A stretch of 64,000 nt of DNA, taken from IMG/VR virus record IMGVR_UViG_3300023174_000036, positions 1-64,000 of that record; one strand, written 5' to 3'. A program made the position numbers and the translations under genes. Below are positions 56,333-64,000 of this stretch, piece after piece; position 1 is the first letter of the stretch; each line of letters opens with the position of its first letter. The notes below the pieces were generated by a model that saw only the letters and a list, made by a program, of their open reading frames with translations, made no database searches and was not told the DNA's origin.

Positions 56333-57844
56333 CACGCAAGTGAAATGACATTTGGATGTGCCGCCGCCGCCACCAAAACCAGCTTTGCTGGAAAAGTTAC
56401 AGCCGCCCAATCCACCTGAACCGCCTAGTGTTCCTGCACAAGTTAAGAATCCGCTGAATAATTTGTCCTTTAGTGCATAGGCCGCATCGCATCTGAATGG
56501 ATCTGCCAGTGCGCCAAGACAGCACAGCAATATCCAGTTTACTGAACAAGCTGGACTAGCGTCATTTACTGGATAAGCATCTCCCCATTGGTCTGCATTA
56601 CAACAGCGAAACATTGCGCCGCCTGTGCCAGCGCCTTCGCCTGAGTTTGCTGGACGACCCCAGAATGAACTCAATTGGGTTGGTTCGCAACACCAAAAAT
56701 AATTTGTTTCGTTAACATGACCTGGTGCTCCTACGCCGCTGATGTTACAAATGTCCCACCATGGATATGAGCATGGATCAAAACGTTTGGGATTAAAGTC
56801 AATTTTCCAATGTGCGCAACTAACACCATACGACTCGTTGTAACGACAGCGTTGCCACATGTTCCATCTTGCTGGCTGTGCTTCTGTAGCTTGAGTATTT
56901 GGGCCGCCCAAGCCGCCACAACCGCCCTGCCATTTGTGCATAGTACAAATACCTTCCCAGCTACGACATTGCATAGGTTGCGGAGTGTGACTGCCACCAC
57001 CACCACCAGCACCTGTTGGAGCACAGATTTGCCATAATTGACAATTGCCGCCTACAATTCCGTCATAGCCTGGACATACGCAGTTACAGCAAGTGAACTG
57101 CCAAACGGGTGCTGGACTGCCACCTGCATGTCCGCCGCCCACGCCACCACCGCCACCTGCAGTTCCGCCGTGACTGATAGTTCCTGAATTACAAACAATC
57201 ATGCCGCAACCACCTTGGCAGTGTCGTGGACTACCAGCTGAGCCGCCGCCAGCGTATGCTGCCACGCAACAACCATTTCGGGTATCGCCGTGATCAGCAT
57301 CTGTATATGAAAATACAACACAGTATCCACAGCAAGTTGTGGCATTTTGATAGATACAAGCACCACAATAATGGGTTAGTGATCCGTTACAGAAATTACA
57401 GTTAAAACCAGCACAGCCGCCGCAACTATTCCAGTTACCGCCTGATGCCGCACCTGGTGTACATGCTGCCGCGCCGCCAGCAGTGTGAACGCCTACGCTG
57501 TTACATGCAACTGATGAATCTTGACTCTGACGGCCTACCACAATAGTAAATGTTGTGGCACCTGGAGTAACAGCATGGCATTTGTCGCTGTATGCGCCGC
57601 CTGCTCCAGCAAAACCACAACAGTTTCCGTTGGTACAAACTGGTTTGCCACCACCACCCACAATTACAGTTCTTGCGCAAATAGCATTAGATGGTACTGT
57701 GTATGTATAAGTGCCTGGACGATCATATACTATTTTATATTGCCAGCACTCCTTACCGTCGTAATAAACTTTAGCACCCGGAACTTTTGGGGCTACTTTA
57801 GCAAGATTTTGTGCAGTTATATTAATTGGTACAAAACGTCCCAT
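56201..57844 (-). CDS. Cys/Gly-rich adhesin-like protein, paralogue
   Basis: PGTYTYTVP...VGGGG...GAGGAY; ~51 Cys. Confidence 0.75.
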   Translation of the reverse strand: MGRFVPINITAQNLAKVAPKVPGAKVYYDGKECWQYKIVYDRPGTYTYTVPSNAICARTVIVGGGGKPVCTNGNCCGFAGAGGAYSDKCHAVTPGATTFTIVVGRQSQDSSVACNSVGVHTAGGAAACTPGAASGGNWNSCGGCAGFNCNFCNGSLTHYCGACIYQNATTCCGYCVVFSYTDADHGDTRNGCCVAAYAGGGSAGSPRHCQGGCGMIVCNSGTISHGGTAGGGGGVGGGHAGGSPAPVWQFTCCNCVCPGYDGIVGGNCQLWQICAPTGAGGGGGSHTPQPMQCRSWEGICTMHKWQGGCGGLGGPNTQATEAQPARWNMWQRCRYNESYGVSCAHWKIDFNPKRFDPCSYPWWDICNISGVGAPGHVNETNYFWCCEPTQLSSFWGRPANSGEGAGTGGAMFRCCNADQWGDAYPVNDASPACSVNWILLCCLGALADPFRCDAAYALKDKLFSGFLTCAGTLGGSGGLGGCNFSSKAGFGGGGGTSKCHFTCVCWGGSFDCCNGAASTPLAFPPCILDNLLSNAGSGMAIVYYKEA

Positions 57845-57858
57845 TGCATTACCCCTTA

Positions 57859-58197
57859 TTAAGTTGTACTAGTTTCTATGCCGTATGCTACAGCACTAAC
57901 ACCTGTATTGCTTGCACGTACTGTGATATATTTGTTAGTTGAATCACAAACAATACCAGTACGCTCAAGTACGGAGTTTGCTGGAATAGTAACGTCATAT
58001 TCTAAAAATGCGTTATCAGCAGGAGCAGTGTTACCTGATGCTGATGTAGTTGTTAGTGCAATACGCACCTGGACTGCTGTTGCATTTCTATTACACAATG
58101 ATACGTTAACCACTGCAAATGTTGTTGCAGGGCAAGTATACAAATTTGTGTATGTTGCTGATGCTAAATCAGCGATTCCTAGTCTTCCTGTTGCCAT
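57859..58197 (-). CDS. Small beta-rich virion protein
   Basis: GGAG RBS; LYTCP...VSLCNRN...LERTGIV...YGIE. Confidence 0.7.
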   Translation of the reverse strand: MATGRLGIADLASATYTNLYTCPATTFAVVNVSLCNRNATAVQVRIALTTTSASGNTAPADNAFLEYDVTIPANSVLERTGIVCDSTNKYITVRASNTGVSAVAYGIETSTT

Positions 58198-58212
58198 GTT
58201 TTAATTCTCCAA

Positions 58213-61200
58213 TTATCTTAATAAGAAGTAGTTTAGTGCTAAGGGACTACCATCTACTCCCTGTGTAAAGTTTGCTCTATTCTTTATATTTATCGCCGCG
58301 CCTGTTGTATTACTTATCACATTTCCAGTAATTTGTAAATTACCAGCTACCAACGTATTTACGTTTACTGTAGATCCACCACCACCAATTTGGCTAGCAA
58401 TAAATGTTCTAATTGCTCGCTGTGTTGGTACGATATTGTCACTATTTGCAGTAAATGTACCGTCTGTTGAGAAACTGGTAATACTGGTATTTGAGCTACC
58501 CAGTGTAACAGCACCCAATGTCAGTGTTTGTAATCCGCTCAAGTTAAACGCATTGGCATTCAATGTGGCAATACCAGTTGACTGTTGAACTGTGAACAAA
58601 TCACCCACGTTAAAATTACCATCTTGGTCAGTACTGGTGTAGAACACACGACCACCGTTATTTTCAACAGTTTCGTTGGCCTGATCTGCTGCCTGGGTTG
58701 GTATACCTGGGTAGTTGGTTGTGGCAAAATTACCAGTTCCAATACTTAAGAAATCGTGTCCAGTTAAACGACATTGGCTATACAATATTCGCATGGTAAT
58801 AGCAACACCGTGTACGGGGCTAAGACTAATGCTCATGCTTGGGCTGAGTTGTAGGGCCGCACTGTAATTACCAGTACTACCACTTAAACTACTCACGCTG
58901 ACCAATTTGTAATAAGTTGCATTTCCGGCAAATTGTACGTTTGCACCTGGAGTTGGAACTGACGTCATTCCGCTGACATTTATGTATTGAGTTGTTTGGA
59001 ATATATCAGCAAATCCAACACCAGAAACGTTGGTAGTTGCTGTGGTATATCCAGTTCCTCTGTTGGTAAACGATGGATTACCCAATGCACCAATGCCCAT
59101 ACGCACTGTAAAGGTTGCGGCACTGGTTGCATTTGGATCAGTAATGGTCACCGATGGTGCAGTTGCATATCCACTTCCAGGTTCTATTAGTCTGAAACTA
59201 GCAATTTGTCCCGAAGCAATAACCACACGAGCTTGTGCTGTTGTAAAGTTAGGAATTGAAACTGCATTGGCGCTGGTTACTGTACCGCCAGCAATAACAA
59301 CCCAAGTTGGCAACGCCGCGTTTATCGTTATAGATCCAGTAGTGCTGGTATAGTTATTGCTCACAGTCCATGTACTGCTGGAACTGGTTGCAGTACCTGT
59401 CAAATTGGCCACTATTCTAGTGCCAGCACTGATTCCAATACCATTCAATGTTTGTCCAACCACAATGCCAGATCCAGTTGGAGCACTGGTCACTGTTAGT
59501 GTTGTGCTGGTAATGCTACCAGTAAAGCTGGTTTTTGTGTTACCAAATTCCAGTGCGGCCCATGAATCGTTAGTCAACGCACGACTAGTCCAGTTAATAC
59601 CATCCGGACTGCTTGCGGCAGCGCCCGCGCCAGACACACTGGTCCATGCACCAAGACTCAAATTGGCAATTTGAACAATTGGAGTCAGTGTTGCGCTGGT
59701 ACTTAATGTAACTTGATTATTAACAGGATCAACTGTGGCAATATAGTATGTTGTGCCTGAAGTTAATCCGCCCAAATATGAACCAGCTGTGGTTGGCACA
59801 GAGCCGCCAATGCCTGGAGCAACTGTGATACTATCGCCAAGATAACTTGTACTAATAATCAACTGGTTTGTAGCACTAAGAATACCAGTAATATAATAGT
59901 TGAAACTTGCACTTAGAGATGTTGCCAAACTGCCTGTGCTGGTGTCGCTGATTTGAGTAGTCCACTGTGCATTTCCTGCAGATCCACCATTTTGTAGTGT
60001 GATAACTGGTGTTAATGTTGGTGAAGCACTGACTGTAATATTAGCACCTGACACACTGGCCACATAATATAAGCGGCCGTTTACTAGTCCAAACTTGTCG
60101 TCAATACCAGTAGTCCATGCATCGTTACCGTTGATTAGTGTGGCAATTGGGCTTAATGTTGGACTTGTACTCAAACGCACATAGTTTCCGCTTGCACTTA
60201 CAGCCGCAACATAGTAAGGAGTACCTGATGTTAAGCCACCAAAGCCTGCGGCAAACGATCCAACAAAGCTACCTGCTGTTGTACCGCTGGTAAATGACAC
60301 CGCATTTCCAAAGTATGTTGTACTGACAGCAATCTGGTTAGTGCTTGGAACAGTTGCAATCACATAATATGTTGTGCTGTTGCTTAAACCACCAAATGTT
60401 CCGCTTGCTGGAGTAGTAAACTGTTCACCATCTTGTATGTGTCGAACACTATTCACTACCATCAAGTTAGCAGTACCTGTAATTGTTGTACTGGTTACGT
60501 TTGGACCTGTAAAGTAGTTAACTTGCCATGTTCCGCCAGCGCCAGTAATGCCGTTGATGTTGGAAACAATATAAGTTGGCTTGCTGATCACACTACCTGA
60601 AGTAATCATACTGCCAGTAGTGGTGTTTAAATAGCTGACTGTTGTTGCACTAGATGCTGTAACTACAAAAGTTCCGTTGTATCCAACAGGAGTTACACCT
60701 TGAATAGTAATCAACTGTCCAACAATTGGAGCAGTGGCACTTGAGAATGTAATAGTGGCTGTTGTGCCGTTACCACTGGTTGCTGTAACTGCATAATTTT
60801 GTGCAATTGGTATATTTGTACCAGTTAATATCATGCCTGGGAACGGTGCGCCAGCTGACACTGTTAATACACCAGCAGTTGATATTGTACTAGTAGTCAT
60901 ACTAGTTGTCTGTTGACCTAGTGTACTACCAACTGTTACTGATACAGCGTCAGTGACTGGTGTAATAACTTGTCCAACTGCGGCACTTACACTGTTGCTT
61001 AAACGTGCCCAGTTACCGCCTGATGCAGTTTCAAGAATAGTGGTAGTTGCGCCTCCCAGCACGTCACCTGCTCTAACAAGCCATGCACCGTTGGCATTTG
61101 TCAATGGTAATTCTGGAGTTAGAGTTGGGCTTGAGCTGAGTTTTACATAGTTACCAGTGACTGCTGTGACATAATAAACTGCGTTGGCCACATCGCCTGG

Positions 61201-64000
61201 CATTAAATTACCAAAACTTGCACCAACGTTCATAGGAACCACTAATCCAGTACCAGTACCAAGTGTAAAGTTTGCACCTTTAAATGTAGCACTGATTGCA
61301 ATAGTAGTTGCGTTGACCACTTGTGAAATATAATATGTTGTTCCAGCAACAATGTTATTGGAACTGCTGTTAAATTGCACTGGTGCACCAACTATCATGC
61401 CTGCTGTGCTTGGAACTGTGATTATGTTGTTAGTACCAGTAATAGTTGTTGATGCCACTGCAACTGTTGCTGATAAGTTAGTTTGCCATAATGATCCAGT
61501 GATGTTGTTTACCACATAGCATGGCTCACTGATAATTGTACCAGTTGTGGTCAATGCACCAGTTGCACTACTGTTAAATGTTACTTGTGTAGTTGAAGCT
61601 GTGGCCACGGTCCATGTACCGTTGTATGTTGTTGGAGTCATACCGCGAACAGTAATGGTTTGACCAACAATAAACGGAGTAGCACCTTGTGTTGCATAAG
61701 TCAGTGTCACAACTGATCCAGATCCTGATGATACTGTTACTGGAATACTCTGTGCTGTTTGAACACCAGTACCAGTCAATACCATACCCGCAACAGGAGT
61801 TCCCGAACCAACTGTTAACACACCCAGTGTATCTATGCTACTTGCAGTTAGAGAAGTTGTGGCATTAGTAGTGGCTGAAGCTATTACGCTTTGAGAAACT
61901 GCTGTTAAGAACAAGCTGGCGCCAGCAGTGATACCAGTTGCACTTGCAAGTAATAATTGATTTGAACCGCTGGCTGTTTGAGTTGCAGTTGTATTCACTA
62001 TTGTTGCGGTTGGCACAATTACGTTACCTTGCACAACACCAGTACCACTGCTGAGTGTGATTAAATTACCACTGCTGGCAGTCTGTTGAATACTTGGAGT
62101 ACGTGCGGCAGATCCTCCACCAAATGTTATATTTTGTCCCACTGTTAATCCAGCGGAACTTGCCACGTTAATGGTGTTATTCGTACCAGTCATTGCGGTT
62201 GCCGCAACTGCCAATGCTGTATTGGTTTGATAATTTACACCACTGATTGCAAGGGTACCTGTTGGTGCAAAACTGGTGCTGACTGTGTAAGTACCTGCTC
62301 CTCCCGACCCACCCACAAACGCTGTGATATAACCTGTCAAACTGTTACCGTAAATGGTGTTGGTTTGTGTGATATTGTGACTTATACTCAAAGTATAACT
62401 TAAACCGCTGAATGAAGTTCCGCCAGCAATGGCTGCGGTTGTTGCTGGAGTAATATAGTAAGTGCCTGCGGCACCTGGTGCATAGAAGTTGTATGTTCCA
62501 GAACCGTCAGCAATAAAGTTGTTTGACAATGTGATAGTTGTGCTGGCTATGCTAGTCACATAGGTGTTTGTTGGAATACCAGTTCCTGTAACTAACTGTC
62601 CGTTGGCAATACTTGCGGCACTGCTCACAACAAACTGATTAAATCCAGCTACCCCAAAACCAGCTGTTGCAGTCAATGTTGGACTAGCAACTGCGGCCAC
62701 ACTGCTGGTTACTTGTGCAGTTACAAATGCTGCCGAGCTGGTGATAGTTCCGCCAGTTCCAAGATCGTTTGTTAATGCACTGTAGAAACGTACAAAAGTT
62801 GCGGTACATGCTGAAACAACCCATGATGTGTTATATGCACTAACACTTGTACCTGTAATGTCAATACGTTGTCCAACAGCAAATGCCGCTGATCCAGTTG
62901 AAGCATAGTTTACCCTAACTTCAAGTCCGTCTGTTACAATGCTGGTGATGTTGAGAAACTGTGCTTGAGGAATTGTCGCAGGGCCACTTAGCACTGCGCC
63001 TGGAACAACAGACCCAACACCCACTGCACTCACAGTCATAACTACTGGAGTTGCAACTATGCTTGAAGTACTTGCAAGTGTTTGTGGAATATTCACAGTC
63101 CATGTGCTTGATGCACTTGTGCTGGTGCCTGTTAAGTTTCCAGTGATATAGTTCCCGCCAAGTACATTGTTTCTAGTAGGATCAAGTGTGCTGATGCTCA
63201 ATACCATACCAATGTTTAGGCCAGCACCGCTTGGTGCTGATGTCACAGTCAATATGTTACCACTGATACTGCCTGTAAATGTAACATCAGTACCTTTGGC
63301 CACACCAGCGAACCAGCTGGCAGTTGCTGCCGCTGTGATAGTTGTGCCAGTTGCAACGTTAGGGCCAGCAATAAACATACCGCTTGTTGGAGTTCCTGTT
63401 GTTGCACCTGGAATCGATAATGCTGTTCCAATAATTTGTTGGAAGTTTGATGTATAACTGTTGCCACTTAGAGCTTGTCCAAGTGCCACAGTACCAGTTA
63501 CTGTTCCGCCAACTGTTAATGTTGTTCCTGATACACTGCTTGCAGATGATGTAAATGCAGTAGTTCCAGTAATAAAAGTAGGAGTGCTTTGAACAAATCC
63601 AAATGTAGTAACTGTGGTTGTTAAACTGCTGGTAAATTGTATCTGACTTGTTGTTGGCGTACCAGTAACCGTCCATGATCCGTTGTAACCAGTAGGAATA
63701 GCACCTACAATTCTAACAGTTTGTCCAGTAACAAACGGAATAGTCTTTTGTGTGGCATATGTCACTGTTACTGTAGTAGAATTTCCGCTCATTGCTGTGA
63801 TAACAATGTTTTGTGCAGTTGTGACACCTGTGCCAGACAGCACCATACCCACTGCAAGGCTTCCAGATTGAGCCATACCTGGACTTAAAATTCCGTTGGC
63901 ATCAATACGAGATGTACCGCTCAATAATGCCACTGCTCTGTTGGCATTTGTTGTTGTGGTTGTTACTGTGGCTACTGATGGTACTATACTTTGTCCTGTG
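58213..64000 (-). CDS. Giant Thr/Gly/Ser-rich virion (fibre/baseplate) protein, 5'-truncated by window edge
   Basis: Frame has no stop up to base 64000; repeated modules; conserved C-terminus GHDFLSIGTG...GGRVFYTSTDQDGNF..GDLF...VPTQRAI. Confidence 0.85.
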   Translation of the reverse strand, partial: TGQSIVPSVATVTTTTTNANRAVALLSGTSRIDANGILSPGMAQSGSLAVGMVLSGTGVTTAQNIVITAMSGNSTTVTVTYATQKTIPFVTGQTVRIVGAIPTGYNGSWTVTGTPTTSQIQFTSSLTTTVTTFGFVQSTPTFITGTTAFTSSASSVSGTTLTVGGTVTGTVALGQALSGNSYTSNFQQIIGTALSIPGATTGTPTSGMFIAGPNVATGTTITAAATASWFAGVAKGTDVTFTGSISGNILTVTSAPSGAGLNIGMVLSISTLDPTRNNVLGGNYITGNLTGTSTSASSTWTVNIPQTLASTSSIVATPVVMTVSAVGVGSVVPGAVLSGPATIPQAQFLNITSIVTDGLEVRVNYASTGSAAFAVGQRIDITGTSVSAYNTSWVVSACTATFVRFYSALTNDLGTGGTITSSAAFVTAQVTSSVAAVASPTLTATAGFGVAGFNQFVVSSAASIANGQLVTGTGIPTNTYVTSIASTTITLSNNFIADGSGTYNFYAPGAAGTYYITPATTAAIAGGTSFSGLSYTLSISHNITQTNTIYGNSLTGYITAFVGGSGGAGTYTVSTSFAPTGTLAISGVNYQTNTALAVAATAMTGTNNTINVASSAGLTVGQNITFGGGSAARTPSIQQTASSGNLITLSSGTGVVQGNVIVPTATIVNTTATQTASGSNQLLLASATGITAGASLFLTAVSQSVIASATTNATTSLTASSIDTLGVLTVGSGTPVAGMVLTGTGVQTAQSIPVTVSSGSGSVVTLTYATQGATPFIVGQTITVRGMTPTTYNGTWTVATASTTQVTFNSSATGALTTTGTIISEPCYVVNNITGSLWQTNLSATVAVASTTITGTNNIITVPSTAGMIVGAPVQFNSSSNNIVAGTTYYISQVVNATTIAISATFKGANFTLGTGTGLVVPMNVGASFGNLMPGDVANAVYYVTAVTGNYVKLSSSPTLTPELPLTNANGAWLVRAGDVLGGATTTILETASGGNWARLSNSVSAAVGQVITPVTDAVSVTVGSTLGQQTTSMTTSTISTAGVLTVSAGAPFPGMILTGTNIPIAQNYAVTATSGNGTTATITFSSATAPIVGQLITIQGVTPVGYNGTFVVTASSATTVSYLNTTTGSMITSGSVISKPTYIVSNINGITGAGGTWQVNYFTGPNVTSTTITGTANLMVVNSVRHIQDGEQFTTPASGTFGGLSNSTTYYVIATVPSTNQIAVSTTYFGNAVSFTSGTTAGSFVGSFAAGFGGLTSGTPYYVAAVSASGNYVRLSTSPTLSPIATLINGNDAWTTGIDDKFGLVNGRLYYVASVSGANITVSASPTLTPVITLQNGGSAGNAQWTTQISDTSTGSLATSLSASFNYYITGILSATNQLIISTSYLGDSITVAPGIGGSVPTTAGSYLGGLTSGTTYYIATVDPVNNQVTLSTSATLTPIVQIANLSLGAWTSVSGAGAAASSPDGINWTSRALTNDSWAALEFGNTKTSFTGSITSTTLTVTSAPTGSGIVVGQTLNGIGISAGTRIVANLTGTATSSSSTWTVSNNYTSTTGSITINAALPTWVVIAGGTVTSANAVSIPNFTTAQARVVIASGQIASFRLIEPGSGYATAPSVTITDPNATSAATFTVRMGIGALGNPSFTNRGTGYTTATTNVSGVGFADIFQTTQYINVSGMTSVPTPGANVQFAGNATYYKLVSVSSLSGSTGNYSAALQLSPSMSISLSPVHGVAITMRILYSQCRLTGHDFLSIGTGNFATTNYPGIPTQAADQANETVENNGGRVFYTSTDQDGNFNVGDLFTVQQSTGIATLNANAFNLSGLQTLTLGAVTLGSSNTSITSFSTDGTFTANSDNIVPTQRAIRTFIASQIGGGGSTVNVNTLVAGNLQITGNVISNTTGAAINIKNRANFTQGVDGSPLALNYFLLR

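Noticed and set aside
1-64000. Stop-codon reassignment or selenocysteine
   Set aside because: Core genes are full length in the standard code, all three stops end plausible genes, and there is no suppressor tRNA

Overview
This is a 64-kb segment of a large T4-like (contractile-tailed) dsDNA phage genome using the standard genetic code. (1) 1-5.1 kb is an early region of short + strand genes. Almost every gene has its own consensus sigma70 promoter (TTGACA-17-TATAAT), and there are two tRNAs and an AAA+ ATPase. Six consecutive promoter-led genes share the extended RBS GGAGCGA(A). The region ends in a four-hairpin RNA whose loops carry the exact complement (UUCGCUCCC), a candidate antisense silencer of the early genes. 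(2) 5.1-6.7 kb is a junction with ~80-bp imperfect direct repeats and an unannotated 23-aa pqqA (PQQ precursor peptide) gene, which points to a methylotroph host. (3) 7-23 kb holds 2OG-Fe(II) oxygenases and a replication/recombination module: gp41 helicase, gp61 primase, a 192-aa minimal DnaE-like protein, UvsW, UvsY, UvsX and gp32. (4) 23-48 kb holds head-associated proteins, terminase, gp4, tail tube and sheath, dNMP kinase, neck proteins, a Nudix hydrolase and fibre-like proteins. Many genes here have a T4-late-like TAAATA box only 4-5 nt before the ATG, suggesting leaderless mRNAs. (5) 48-64 kb is a modification-enzyme cluster (carbamoyltransferase, GT9-like, SGNH-like, oxygenase, degenerate HAD) next to two Cys/Gly-rich adhesin-like paralogues and a giant virion protein that runs off the window. 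All calls come from motif recognition by eye; no database searches were run.
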